NCBI GenBank assembly: GCA_964188305.1
Contig: OZ076895.1
Source: Podarcis bocagei
Lineage: Eukaryota
Length of the DNA stretch: 64,000 nucleotides
Reading direction: 5' to 3' (one strand)
The notes below the pieces were generated by a model. The model was not told where the DNA came from. It saw only the letters and a program-made list of their open reading frames with translations, and did not search any database. Within the stretch, counting starts at the first letter, position 1; the number at the start of each line of letters is the position of its first letter. The translations under genes were made by a program, and so were the position numbers. Shown here piece by piece: positions 1-14,107 of the stretch.

Positions 1-649
1 ATTGATAAATAATATTAGTTGGCTCCTATTAAGGTCCCCACCCCACACCTGCTGCCTTTATTTTCAGTAAGATGTTCAATGTAAAGGAACAGGAAAAGCT
101 TTCGAAAACAATAGCAAGGTATGGTTTTGGATACTGCCAAAGGTGTCCTTTTAAAAGATAGTGCTTTTGTCTTAGCTTAATTTGTGAAAGAAAAGGGGTC
201 TAGCTGCAACACTGTGCACAGCTGGAATAATTAATTGTATTGTGCATGGGGCAATACAGAACTCACATACAGGCTTTAGAGTTGCTTTTACAGATTCTTG
301 TGCTCCTTGATTTCAGTTGCAATAGTCAAATAAGATCAAATGCCACATGCACACTCAAACCTCACAGGCATTCTTTACTCGTCTTATTATTTCATACAGT
401 GTTGCATAAACAATGAACAGGTGAGGCCATATTAAACAGAAGATTGAGCAACTTGAAACCTTGCATCCTGCTAGTATAAATATAAGATATTTGGTGTATT
501 TCTTGGACTGGCATAGCTATTTTTTGATCTCTAAAGATAGGCTTTGAGCAAATTAATAGTGTGCTGGGCACAAACCTATGAGTCAAACTCAGTTCTCAGA
601 CAGCAATCTACAATCCATCTGAGCTGGAGTGCTGGGAATGAAGGTAGCA

Positions 650-1075
650 TTATTTGATTTTACGTATTTGTTAAGCAATTTCTATATCACCCTTAACAAA
701 CATCCACAGGGTGGTTTACAAATTAAACATTGTAAATGCATAATATAAAACATTTAGAAACAAAAACAACAAATTAAAATTGCAACAACAGTATCAGCAG
801 ACCAGCAGCAGTTCCAGCAATTATATAATTCCACAAAACCTGTATCTGTATCATACTTGCTCTCCATCAAAGGCCTGGGGGAAAGCAAGAATTGCAACCT
901 GTCTCCGAGATGAAAGCAGTGATGGAGAAGACATACCTCCATGGAAAGGTCATGCCAGACTTGTGGAGCTGCCAGTGAGAGGGCTCTATTGCAGGCCCCT
1001 GCACTCAATATATCCTTGATTGGGGGGAGGGGCACCAAAAGCCTTTCCTGGTGATGTTAAAGAACAGGCAATATA
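650..1075 (-). mobile_element. Degenerate L2-type LINE 3' fragment
   Basis: AT-rich (TTTA-like) tail followed by sequence resembling lizard L2 3' ends. Boundaries are approximate. Confidence 0.5.
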
Positions 1076-2393
1076 GCCTGGCTGGCAGACCACACACTGC
1101 ACTCATCACATCAAAGTTATCATGACTAAGTCAAGCTCTAAATTGTGAGACTTCTGAACCGGGACACAGCCAAACATTAGAGGCTGGATGGGATCATAAA
1201 AAGGAATCGCACAGGGAAGCAGGTGGTGTTGGCCACCTTTCTCTGCCCTATTAACCTCTGCTTATCTTATTTCTCTTTTGGCAGCTAATTGGCCCCTTCC
1301 CTCCCCCTTTCAATCCTTTGGGGCAATTAGCTGCCAAAAGGATACAAACACAGACAAATGATTGATGCAGCCCCTGGTTTCTGCTTCCCTGTGCCAGATG
1401 ATCCTAGATTACATTTCACTGCTTTTGACATGATGGTGTTGTCAGGATCTTCAAGGTAGTCTACACAAACAGAAGTTCATATGCTAAAAGTGTTTCTGGA
1501 CTGTACTACTTGAGTTTGCAAGATGGGGATCACATATGAGAATTATTATCCCATATCAAAATGGAGAAAGATAGCTGCACACACAGAGAGAGAAATGCAC
1601 GTGTTGGAGAAGGAACTTCTCCTTGGCACAAGAATTGTCTACACACAAAGGTTGTTTCTTTGCCTATGGTGCAACATTAAAACCTGCAGTCTACACTCTA
1701 ACCCCATATTCTAAAGCAGCACAGAACTGCTAGTTGTGTCACCAAGCCCTTAACCCCACTTGAGTCAAAGATCCATCTGGTGTAACTGATTTGAGATTTG
1801 GGCTGCAATCCTACACACACATAATAATATTTTGCTTCCAAGTAAATGCGGCTTGTTTAGCATCTGGCCTGTAAATCCATCCTACTTTCAATTGGAATAA
1901 ATGCACTTAATAAATGCTTCCCCATGCTTTAATCTATGCTTTTTATTTTGTTATGTATTTATCTAACGGGAGGAGGGTGGGTGCAGCAGAATGTACAAGC
2001 CTTTTCTAATAGAGAGATTTGATTAGGCAGTCTAAGGTGAAAACCTGTGCCATTCCCCAGCAGCTGGAAGAACAATTGCAGCAGACCATTTTCACCAACT
2101 GCTGAAAGGAAAAGAGAGTATTGTCAAAAGGGGAACTATGACTGTGATGTCACCATATTTTTTGCCATCTGGCAGAAAACAGCATATGGGACCTTTTCCT
2201 GAAGTAAAATCATGCAGTATGGCTGCTGGATATGCGAGCTTATTAATAGAAAGCCGTGGTAGTCATACCAGTAATACTAGGGCAGCTAGTTTAACAAGTA
2301 TTTGGCACCACCAACATTCTAGATTATGTAAAGTAACATGACAATTAGAGAGGATTTGCAAGTAAAATATGGAGGTGAGAATGAAGGAAATGA

Positions 2394-2530
2394 AATCATA
2401 GAATAATAGAAATGTAGAGTTGGATCACCTAGTCCAACCACCTGCAATGCAGGGATCTTTTGCCCAACAATGAGGTTTGAACCCATGACCTGAGATTAAG
2501 AATCTCATGCTGTACCAACTGAGCTATCTC
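2394..2530 (-). mobile_element. tRNA-Lys(CTT)-derived SINE with CR1-derived 3' tail
   Basis: The minus strand reads gatagctcagttggtacagcatgagattCTTaatctcaggtcatgggttcaaacc...ttgggc (tRNA-Lys-like). It continues gatccctgcattgcagg..ttggactagg..ttctatgatt, matching the CR1 3' end at 9061-9139. Confidence 0.85.
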
Positions 2531-5461
2531 CTAGGTACTATAGCAAAGAGATAATTTTTGCAGATAATTATTGTAATCCCTGCAAAGAAAAAAAAGTGAG
2601 TAAAGAATGGGTCGTGGATGGGTCTTGTCTCTAGCACAAGGGTAAGGATAAGGTTGATCACAATCTGCTGCTAGATTGGTTTGGTGGGGAAAGCATCAAG
2701 ATGCAGCATTTCATAAGAAATGACAGGGTAAATACAAGATAGATATAGGTGGTGGCTAAGGTTGTGTGTGCACCATTTCCCAAATCAGGGGATGCAGAAT
2801 AAACAGGAATGCATACACAGTCTAAGAAGCCATGCAGTGCACAGTATGATGTTTCACGAACTGCAGCTGCTGAGGTATATTCTGAACTGTTGATAACATA
2901 ATACAGACAGTTATGGTTTTTAAGCATGCCTTTAGGCAAAAGAATAAGCATCCTCTTTTGACTTTTATAACTGCGGGGGATAGGCTACTGCAGAGTAAAC
3001 AAATACAGCAAATAGCAGAACAGAGTCTTCAGCAATGCATAAAAGTGGTGGTGGTGGAGGAGGAGGTTTGGACAATGATCCTGGGTAGGCATGTGAGGAT
3101 GTTACAAGCATTTCCTTATTCTCATCTGTAAATTGTGCAGTGTTGAAGACTATGGTATGTGGTATCTGCTGAACATGTTTCGATGTGCTGACTTCTTCAC
3201 AGATATGAAAAGAGGATGTATCTTTTTACTTACAAAACAATTCTTATTCCAATACCATGTGGCAGTTCACTTAGAACATGCATGGGGAACCTCTGGCCCA
3301 TGGGCCTAATTAGGCTTGACATGGGTCTGAATTTGGCCTCGAAACATGGCCACCTCCCCTCACATGACATCATATATGAGGGGCAGGTTGTCAGTGCACA
3401 AACAGGAGCCATAAAGTGCATTTCCAATTGAGCACTAGCAAGGGAGTCTTGCTGTCACTGCCAATGAGCTGATTGGTGGTAAGAGCAAGCTAGCTGGGAT
3501 TGCCTACACTACTAAGTTTCCCATGGGGAATTCCACAGAGCAGCCAATCACAACAAATAGCAGAACCTAAAGTCATTGTCTGTCAGCTGATAGGCACTGC
3601 TTTCAAAGTTACTGGGATCAGCTGCACTACTGATTTCCCCATAGGGCACTTCATTGAGCAGCTGCCCTCTGCAGAAAGCAGATCTGCACCAATCAGATGA
3701 TTGGTGATTACTTCTGACGGTGGTTGGATGGTCTTGATTTTTACCTTGTAGCATGGCTTGCTACACTACAAATAATAAAAAAAGAGTTACTGACATCATT
3801 GTGGCATCAGGTGACTAAGAAGTGGGCAAGCCACCAAAACATATACACCTTCTGTTCCTTCTTTTCTTGTTCCTTTGTATATTTTTGCACTGCAAGCTGG
3901 TTTAGGTACACCTGAGCATGTGCAGGTTTCCGGACTGATGCTAGATAAGCAGCCAACTGTAAATAGTTTTTGTAGTCCTATCATGAGCATAGAGCACACA
4001 TCTTGCCACCAACCATTGTTCACTTGATGAATAAACGCAAATCAGAAAGCCAATTGATTTCCCCCACCATATTCTAGATTATCTGAGAGACAGGAAATGA
4101 TTGGATGATTTTACCAACTTTGCTGTGCTCATTCTCTACAACATGGCAACAACACTCCAGAATAGCCTTCATGAACCATGGCTGAGGCTGATGGGAGTTG
4201 TAGTCCAAAACATCTAGAGGGCAAAAGGTTCATGAAGGCAGCTATAGACTAAGCACACTGCAGTATGACAAATCTGTGCAAGAGATCAAGGTCCAAAAAA
4301 TCAGCTTTCAAATGGAAAAAAGGATAAAAAACCGAGTACAATACTGATATTGTACAACAAAACTGTATCTAAACCTCACGTACAAAAAAAAGTGATTGTT
4401 AATACGTTCACACTTCCTTCATCAGCCACTCCTTGTCTGCCCTAGCCTCAAAGTTCTGCCTGTAGGTCTCCACTGAGAAACTCAAAATGTGCTTATGGCC
4501 TGTGATGGCCGCAAAGATACATAATGGCTTTGTATCTATATCCAGATAAAACAGAGACACCGAGCGCTTCACTCATTAACATTTGTGTTGCCATGACAGT
4601 AAGCTGTTGCCAGGTAGCAGGGAACTAGGAGAAGAGTGAGAATTAACAAAGCCTAAAAATAAAACTAGCAGCTTAAAAAAACAAAAAAAACCCACCACCC
4701 ATATAGATGTCCCTGTATAACAAGAAAAATAATTATTGCCTCCCTCTCCTCTCCTTTCCCTCCCCACTCTAAAGGAAAGTTTCTGTACTATTGCTCCAGC
4801 CATCTATGAAGGAGAGTCATGGCCCATCCAAAAATAAATGCCAGTGGGGGAATTGGGAGGAATTTGCAGGAGGGAAAGCAGGGACATTTCACTAGTCTCT
4901 CATCTGGTCCTTCATGCCAGTGCTCCCTGTAGGCCTTACAGGTTCATAAAAATTGGCATGTGAAGGTACCCTAAGGATTCTAGTGCCATGTCCTTAGAGG
5001 ACTCTGTTACTAGGCTTCTAGAAGTCTTCTTGCCTAGCCCTCACAGTAAGTCAGGGTAGAAGAGGAGGGCGAGCTTGTTCCATTGACCCCCATTGTGGTA
5101 GCTTTCCCTGGACTCGGGGATTGATACAAATCAAGCCACACACATAGTTTGAATTTAAAGTCCTGAGTCCATGACAGAGGAATGGATAGTAGTCACTTAC
5201 ACAACACCAAAAAAGTGGTTAAAAGAGGACATAAACTGTGCCCAATACATTTCCCATAGTTGGGAAAACTAGGGTCAAGAGACCTATATGCCTGCTAAGT
5301 CTGCTGTCCTGTGCTAACTGCTGGTGATGAGCAAGTTCAAGGCACAGTATAATCCTTCTAATAGATTACAGTCATTGGTAAAGTAGGACATGTGCCCTCT
5401 CTAAGGAACGAGGAGCAAGCTCAATCCCTCTTCAGCTCCAAATCCATCACAGAGGAGGAAA

Positions 5462-5505
<44 letters not shown>

Positions 5506-5515
5506 ATAATAATAG
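5462..5515 (+). repeat. (TAG)n(TAA)n microsatellite
   Basis: Seen directly. Confidence 0.97.
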
Positions 5516-6225
5516 ACAAATTGCTTCCTTTCAACCACCCTTTTTGGCTTTGGGCCTTTGCACAGCTTTTTTTGTTACCATGGCCTCAAGCCACAGCATT
5601 TGGGGGAATTCGGGAAAGAGATAATTTGCTGTTCTGACTCCTTGCATCTTGGGAGCAAATGTCAGGAGTCCCTGCCATTAGAATCCTTCCCCCACAGTGC
5701 TTCCTTATCCACTCTTTCCCATGCCTCATCTACAAGAGCTCCATTTGGGCGTTAAAGTAGATAGATTACATCACCAAAGAAAATGACAAGTTAGAAATAT
5801 TTCTAAATTTGAGAAATCAGGAGATTAACAAGTCAGGAAAAAACAAACTGGTGCTGGTCAACATTTTTGTAGAAAATCACCATCTAGACACATTTTGAGC
5901 AACAACACCACAAGTTCTTCTTCAGGGATATAATAATAACAACCAATCTCAGTTCTCTAGACATATGGATTATAATAATAGAACTTTCTAAATTTCTTCT
6001 CAGAGCCAAAAAGAAAGAGTGATGGGTAAAAATATGAAAAAAAATATATGTAAAGGAATGGTGTTGTTTGAACAGTTTGCTTACCAATAAAGATGAGAAG
6101 GATGCAAGTACATTACGTTAAACTACCTATTTTACACTATGGAAGTGACTTTGTGGTTAAGTTATGGATGCTGCTATAGAAATCCCAATAGCTGTTACAG
6201 AACCAGGAAGAAAAGGCTGAGGTTG

Positions 6226-6650
6226 GGCTACAGTACACGACTTTTAAAGCACTATGATACCACTTTTTGTGTTCTTATTTTGTATTTTTATGTTGTAAAC
6301 TGCCCTGTGAGCTTTGGATGAAGGGCGGTATACAAATTTAATTATAAAATAAAACAATAGCCATGGCTTCCCTCAAAGAACCCTGGAAAATTTAGTTTGT
6401 TATGGGTTCCGAAAGTGATTAGGTAACCCACCCACTCCATTTCCCCCACTGAGCTACAATTCCCAGAGGTCCATTGGAAGAGGGATTGATTGTTAAACTG
6501 CTCTGGGAATTGCAGCTCAGTGGGGGGAATGGGGATCTCCTAACAACTCTCAGCATCTTAACATCTGCAGGTCCAAGGATTCTCTGGGGGAAGCCATGGC
6601 AATTAAAATGGTATAACAGGGCTTTAAATATATGGTGTGGATGTGACCTA
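6226..6650. mobile_element. Palindromic MITE-like DNA element interrupted by a short L2 3' tail (about 6268-6355)
   Basis: Nested inverted repeats (ccatggcttccc...gggaagccatgg; actgagctacaattcccagag...ctctgggaattgcagctcagt). The inserted segment gtaaactgccctgtgag..gaagggcggtatacaaatttaat is an L2-type tail. Confidence 0.6.
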
Positions 6651-8678
6651 CAAGGCACTTAAGTGTTCTTTTGGATATCTAGGAGGAAAAAATGATTATT
6701 GAATTTACTTACTTATTTACTCACAACATTTCTTATTCTGCTATTTAGCCTGGAGGACTCCCAGAGCAGCTTACAAAAACCAGTAGTCCTTGCTCACAGA
6801 CTCACGGTCTAAAATATATGACACTTTGGAGCAGCTGAGTGGAGCTAATTCCCAAAGAAAGAAGAGGGGCTTGCATTCAGTGTAGAATTTAAATTCAGTG
6901 CCTAATGCAAACCCCATTGAGATCATACCTGCCGAAAGCAACAGGGTTTGCATTCTTTAGGGATCTTCTCCAGTCAAAATCTCTGACTCGAAGTTCCCAA
7001 AGGGAAACAATCTCAATGCGGGTTGCATTTGACACCAAATTTGAGCAGTACCAAATGCAAGTCCAGCTGCCACACAGCAGTCAGAAGCACATGGCCAAGA
7101 GTATGCTCCCAACTGTTCCTTTGCGATGGGGTTTGCATATGATGCGAATTGAAATCAGCACCTAATGCAAGCCCTACTGCATTTACCTGATGTCAAACAA
7201 TGTCAGCTGATAACAGGTGGGCAAGCCCAACCCCCTGTCAAAGGTGGCCTACAGAGGGATGGCCACTTTGAGATCCAGTCCATCAGACCATTTCTGTTCT
7301 GGTGACATTTGAGAAGACTCAAAAACTGTCAGTCTCAATCAGTTTAAATCTAGTACAAGTTTGAATTTTCTAAAGTATATTCAGATTACCGTTTTGGAAT
7401 TTTGTGATTTCAGTCCCATATTTTGCATACTAAATTGGAAGAAAGACTCAATGACAACACATTGGTCCATTCGGGCTCTTAGTTTACTTCTTTCCCTATC
7501 AATCTTAGGTATTTAAGATATCCTGAGTAGTTTGCTTCTCTTGCAAAGGGGGAAATGTTATTTCAGTGAGTACCACATGGTGAGGCCAAAGCGAAACAAC
7601 ATTGTGACTTCAGTATATTTAGGGTTTGCAAGCTCCTCGAGGGGATGTTTGTGTCCTAAGAGAAGGCAATATTAATAGGGCCCCATCCCTGTGATCAAGG
7701 CTCTGTTTCATGATGCTTCATTATGATAACTACTCTGAGGGCCCTTGTGGCTGAAAAATGGCCTATAAATAAACTAACTGCGTATTTGCTTCTGTAAACT
7801 TTATATATGATGTAAACAGAAGTCGGGAGTGTATGACAAATGAGCTTTTCTCGAAGAGTACAACTCTTAACAATGATATGAAATGGCCACTGCCCTAGGT
7901 TTTTGTTGTTTCCTTAGTGTTCCTCAGGACAGCTTCCTCCATATAACCATTTGTGGAATGCTTTGGTTCCTACCATCAGTCAATGTAATTACGCCTAAGA
8001 ACACGTATTACTCCTTCTCAGAGCCCTCCCCGGAATGTTCCCCTTTCAACCAGCCTTCCTGGGGAGAAAATAGAAAACAACTAATCTTTTCTGTCACCTT
8101 TCAGCATCCTTTCAAAGAGCCTAGCTTTCAAAGAGGGCTGGATGTGACCCTCTGCAGAGGCTGAGACTTCAAATCCTTTGCTTCCACTCCCTAGACACTT
8201 GTGGCTAATGGATTTCCATGAACTGTTACCTCATAGATGTCTGGGAATGAACTGAGAGAAGAAATATATCCATAGGTGCAAGGGGTCTCGCATGGTGTTG
8301 CTTTCTGTTCTGTGTTTAGATTTCATGTTTCAGCTCTGCTTAAATTCAACCTGACCTTTTCCTCAATTATGTTTTGAAAGAAATATTTCTGAACTATTCT
8401 CTGTCTCTGGCCTACAGCTGGTATTCAGCCCTTGGCCACTCTGCATGCAGCCCACTAAGCAGTGGGGGGTTCACCCATTTCACATCAGACAGTTGGCCCT
8501 TTAAGAGCTTTTAGCTATCCAAATGGGAGACGTGGATTGGAGGCAGAGCCTCAGAAGGTCTTGGTTCACTTCCAATCCTTGTTGGAGCAAGTTACTCAGT
8601 AGGACAGCTGTGGGGAACCTTTGGCCCTCCAGATGTTGCTGAACTACAGGTGACTGACCTACAGAGCAACTACACATT

Positions 8679-9139
8679 GCTGAATGTGTACAGAGGAGTG
8701 CAACCAAGGTGATCAAGGGTGTGGAAACCAAGCCTTATGAGGAATGGTTGAGGGAGTTGGGTATGTTTAGCCTGAAAGAGAGGTGACTGAGAGGAGATAT
8801 GATAGCCATCTTCAAATATCTCAAGGGCTGTCACATGGAAGAGGGAACAAGCTTGTTTTCTCCTGCTCTGGAGGGTAGGAATCAAACCAATTGCTTCAAG
8901 TTACAAGAAAGGAGATTCCAACTAGACATCAGAAAGAACTTTCTGACATTAAGAGCTGTTCAACAGTGGAACAGTCTTCCTTGAGAGGTTGTGGATTCCC
9001 CTTCATTGGAGGGTTTTCTGCAGAGGTTGGATGGCCATCTGTCATGGATGCTTTAGCTGGGATCCCTGCATTGCAGGGGGTTGGACTAGGACCTTCTGTG
9101 TCTGTTCCAACTTTACAGTTCCATGATTCTAGGATTCTA
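8679..9139 (+). mobile_element. 5'-truncated CR1 LINE (ORF2 C-terminus and 3' UTR), nested in a palindromic MITE (about 8606-9232)
   Basis: Typical CR1 ORF2 end (GDMIAIFKYLKGCH...QERRFQLDIRKNFLTLRAVQQWNSLP) and terminal (GATTCTA)-like repeats. The flanks rejoin as actaca|actcccatcagcc of the MITE family. Confidence 0.9.
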
Positions 9140-11438
9140 ACTCCCATCAGCCCAAGCAAGCATGTTCAATGGCCAGGGATGATGGGAGTTGTAATTCCGT
9201 GACGTCTGGCAGAGCTAAGTTTCCCCACGCTTGCACTAGGAGCTCCTCTTGGTGCTGTGACCTTTCTTGCTGCCTTGTTCTGGGCACTCCTCTGAGGTAT
9301 CAGAATTGTGTGAGAGAAAGAATGGAAAAGAATGTGTATTTAAGTGTGAGAGGAAATAAGGAGGAGGATCACCACGTGTTCTGTTCCCCCTTAAAGGCAT
9401 GCAGTATCCAACTGCCCACATGTGGTTCTTGTCCCAAAAATGTTGCTCTCACTACTGAATATATCCACAGAGTTAAGCCCTCTCTGAGGCATCTCATGGG
9501 CAGCTATGGAAGATACATACTTTAGAAAGACTAATGTTATGATAAGATCTTAATGCATGCCCCGATGAAATGGAAACACCATTCTTGTGCCCAAAGAGGT
9601 CTATCTCCTTATAACACCAGTTCAGTGATACTGAAGCTCTGTCCAAGGGATCTTTTCTGCAAAATAGATTGAGGCAGGTTGTATCAAAAAGGCACTAGTT
9701 AGACGGGGGTGTGGGAGTAAAATTAAATTGAAGATTACAAAAGAAAACAATACTCCACCACAACTGCTTATGCCTGCTGACTTGAGGAACAACTTTAAAA
9801 AGTAGAGCCTTTCCTTTAACTCACCTCCCACTTTGGCATTTATCACTCTCTGGCATTATCCTGATCTGCCAAGGAAAACTTCTTTATTTATTTTGATTAC
9901 TTATACCTCACTTTTCAATCTAATAAATCTCAAGATGGCTTACAAACCATAGGCAATAATTCAGCTCCCCAACCCATCATGCTCTGTCTCTCACACACAC
10001 AACCCTGCAATTCTAAGTCCACTGGGTGAGGGTTATGGTCAGAGTGTGCTATCTTTCAGCTGTACAATCCAACTAGCAGTTCAAGAAGACTGCTCTTTAT
10101 GCCAAGGAGGGGAGAAACAAAGCCTTTGCAACTGCTCCTTCTCTGGCCAATGGAGGAGGGCAGGCTGCTTATCTTTCTGCCATAAAGGTGTTGCTTCCCC
10201 CCTCCCCCAGGGAGGGTGAGGGTGCAATGTCTCCATGGCCCTTGCTTCCCTGGCTGGTGGCAGAGGCCAGAGTATGCTTCCTTTCTGCTCTTGAACCCCA
10301 GGACAGCTAGAACCAACTGTTTTTCTCTGCCAGGAATGCAGCTGCTCATTATCTGACCAACGGTTGGAGCCAAGCTGGCCTTCTACTTGCCATTATGTTT
10401 TCCGCAGAAGGCATGGGAAGCGACCTCCCAGTGGCCCTTGGTGCCCTTGCTAGTAGCAGGGGACAGAGTGTGTTTCATAAATATCGGACAAGAGTACTTT
10501 AAACAATAATAGTTAAATCAAACAAAACTTAGAATAGCTGCCATTTCTGATTTCAGTCTGGAGTCTGATTTTTGTCTTTCTGCAGGCAGAAGGCAGCGGG
10601 TGGCATTTTTGAATAACAAGGATAGCCTTAAAAGAAGCCATGGTCTCAAAACACTAAAAATACCTGATGTTCCTTTTCTCCTTGCTGGATCCCCTTGGGA
10701 AATAGAAATATCCATCTAGTAGATGGTTTCCAGAGATACAATGTTTGCTGAAGTTTGAAGAGGGTTATTTTAGACTGCACTTTCCAAATTGTATTTCTAA
10801 AACATAATTAGGGCCTCTTTAGCTTCAGCCAAATAACTGCATATATGGTGGTGCCAGTTAGCAACTCCCATAAAGATGTGCAAAAAGTAAAATGGAATGC
10901 CTTTATAAAGACATTCTGTTCTTTGTGCCATACATGAGACTCCCATTTGTCTTCATAAAATATGACTAGTTAGAAGGAAATGAGTCCTCTGAATGAGTTT
11001 CCTGTTGCAAATTATTCTGCACTACCGAGACAGAAGGATCGGGGCACGGGATGATAACAGAAAAATTTAAAATATAAACACACAACTCACAGGGCTTGTA
11101 CACATGGTCATTACAGCCACTGATTCCGCCCCCTGCCCCCCTCCCAGTCTTCTCCTTACCCTTCGCTACCCTTCCAGTCCTTTTGGCTGCCTCCCCACTC
11201 CCACCAGCTGTAGCAAACAGGATCTAATTTGCACCATAATAATGGGGTGTAGTGGAAACTGCAGAAGAAGCAGGAGCAGCCACTGCTCATCTTCAAATTC
11301 AGTGACAAATGAAGGGGGAGATTCTGGGTTGCACACTTGCAGCCCTATGCAGATATTACTACAAGTGCCTGAATTAGGTATCATATTTTGTAACTATTTC
11401 TGTAATAATGGCAGTAATTTTGGGCACTACTGCCTATA

Positions 11439-11679
11439 CATGGTACCTCAGGTTAAGAACTTAATTCGTTCTGGAGGTCTGTTCTTAACATGAAACTGTT
11501 CTTAACCTGAAGCACCACTTTAGATAATGGGGCCTCCTGTTGCTGCTGTGCCGCTGCTGCACAATTTCTGTTCTCATCCTGAAGCAAAGTTCTTAACCCA
11601 AGGTAATATTTCTGGGTTAGCAGAGTCTGTAACCTGAAACGTATGTAACCTGAAGCGTATGTAACCCGAGGTACCACTG
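11439..11679. mobile_element. Tc1/mariner-pogo (Tigger-like) MITE
   Basis: Terminal inverted repeats (TIRs) ca(g)tggtacctc(a/g)ggtta ... taacccgaggtaccactg, flanked by TA on both sides. Internal repeats of tgtaacctgaa. Confidence 0.88.
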
Positions 11680-14107
11680 TATACATTTTCTTTCCAATAA
11701 GAATCCTACCAGATGAGACCAAAGGCCTATATTGTACCGCATAGCAGGTCAGATGCTTTCTGGAGGCCCAGAAGCAGGGAGTAAAGGCAGTGATCTTCCC
11801 CATTGTCTGTCTCCTACCGACTGACATTCAAAGGTGCACTTCCTCTACATAAGGAGCTTCTACCAGGATCAGTTATTCTCCTGGAAATATAGGGCTGATG
11901 AAGAAACTTCACAGAAAGAGGCAAATACTTGATATCACCTGGAATAAAGTCGCTACCAAATTTTATTAAAAGCAACTTTCCCCAATCTGGTGCTTCAATG
12001 TTTTATTCTACTCCCTTTATTTATTGGATTTTTTCACCTGATCTTCACTGGAGGGTCCCAGGGTGGGTTAAAACACTATGACCACAATGACAAGATTTCA
12101 AGGAGAAAAAACTGGCTGAACACAATTTGGTGAGGGAACCCTCAGCCAATATAAGGACAAAGAAATCAGTGAGGCAAAATTCTATCAGCAAATGAAATAA
12201 GTCTTTCCAAAATATCCTTTATGTTTACCAGGCATAAGCCTAAGTCGTACATGAATGCATCCACAATGATCTTCTATTTTACCAGCCTCCATCAAGTGGA
12301 TGACACTTCTAATCCTTTTCATTTATTTTAGCATCTTGTACCTTTTTACAAGTAAGTGGGAGACAGGATCAAAGCAATTCCTCAAACAGCCTCCAAGTGT
12401 CTCTTTCCATTTAACTGTGGCCTGGCTTCAGTTACGCATCATTTTCTTTGAAGACAATAATGCTACTCTCACAGCCAATAGAAGATTTGAATTTCTAATA
12501 CTGCCTGCCATTTTTCTTTGAATAAAACTTAGTTACCTGCATCTTTCAAACACATTTTTTCTGAAGTACCGCTATTCAGCAATGCAAGTGACTTGAGAAT
12601 TGCCACCATTTTAAACCAGTATTTTCTCTTGTATACAGTTAGGCATAAAGGCCATAATCCAAAACAGTAGTTTACAGAAACATGGTGTAGAACAAGGGCT
12701 TTCTTTATAGTTTGTACTATTTTAACAGCTCCCAAAGCCAATGAGAAAATATACATTTATAGCAGGTCAGCAACTTCCAAAACTGAACAATTGATTGTGA
12801 GAACAGTGTTAAACTTAAGAACTACCATAGCTTTATGAGGAAAAAGAGCTTAAAATGTTATGTTTTTGTACACCCTACATCAAGGGTGGAAAAACTGGGG
12901 CTCTCCTGATGTTGCTGGACTCCTCACTCCGATCCATACCAGTCAGCACAGCTAATGGTCAGAGATAATGGCAGACATAGTCCAGCAATATCAGCCTCAC
13001 ATGGTAAATCCCATTTGTAAAGAGGGGGACCTAAAAGTGTATTCATACCACATATGTTTACACATTTTCAAGGGGCTTGTGAAGATCACAAGTATTCATT
13101 GTTTGTGGGTCCTCCATTCATTCTACTGACATATAGTTTATAGCTGCTGACATATTTGATTTAAACTATATGTAGTATAGTTACATCTTCAGGTGGAGAC
13201 TGTGGTTGCCTTGAAATTCATAGAGATACAAGTTCAGAGTTCCTTGGTTGGGACTCAATGACATAAAACCAAGTATGAAACTGGGTTGAATTGGCAGTTC
13301 GAGTATGTCCTGAGGCTGACAGGAGTTATTGCCCAAAAGATCTTTAGACCCTTTGGGAATTATATGCCCCAAATGCCTTGCTTGGGAACCACTGATAGAT
13401 AAACAGGTTTGAAATTTATTTAAATGAGTTGCAATGAAAGACAGGGCTTGCCCAAGGCCACCCAGTGGGCTGATGATGGAGAGGGCTTTGAAACCCTCTC
13501 CAAAGCTAAGATCTGGATAACATTCACGCTCAGTGCAAGCTTGCAGCTTCAACAAAAGGCATATCATGCTGGAAGAAGCATCTTCAAAGTGAAATCTTTT
13601 TGCTTTTGCCACTTTGCGTAGCAGTGGATAGACTGCAATTCTTTGCTGTGTAATGAGAGTTTTCTGGACCTTCCACATATCTCCACAACACAGTCCTGCA
13701 GCCAGCATATTAAATCCTACACTGCTTGTGGCTGATACAAACTATTAAAAGCGACAAGCTGGGATACTGTGTACTATCAATTGCAAAGGAAGCATTTCTC
13801 CTGCTAGTACCCCTGTTATAAAGGCATGTTTGGGTGTAAAATCAGTAATGGGTTTATAAATTTCACATAAAGACAAGGACTGTTTCCACCAAGGAATGCC
13901 TAATTCTGAAAACGCATTACATAAAAAGAGCTGCTGGTACAGAGAGCAGGTTTCCAGGGTGAAACTGATCTTGGCAAGACAAGTAGAGCATTACAAACCA
14001 GGCAATTAAAGTTTGAGTCCCACCGGAAGGGAGTGTCAATTGAAACCTGAATCTCCAGAACAGATTTCTCTGCAACTCATAGGGAAGGTAAGAAAAGAGA
14101 AATTATG

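Noticed and set aside
2461-2530. Functional tRNA-Lys(CTT) gene
   Set aside because: The acceptor and T stems are degenerate and it is fused directly to a CR1 tail, so it is a SINE head.
5392-5637. ORF with a poly-Val hydrophobic stretch
   Set aside because: It is a translation of the (TAG)n microsatellite.
13181-13708. Longest ORF in the track (175 aa)
   Set aside because: It has no recognisable domain and overlaps a SINE fragment. An ORF of this length is plausible by chance in 64 kb.
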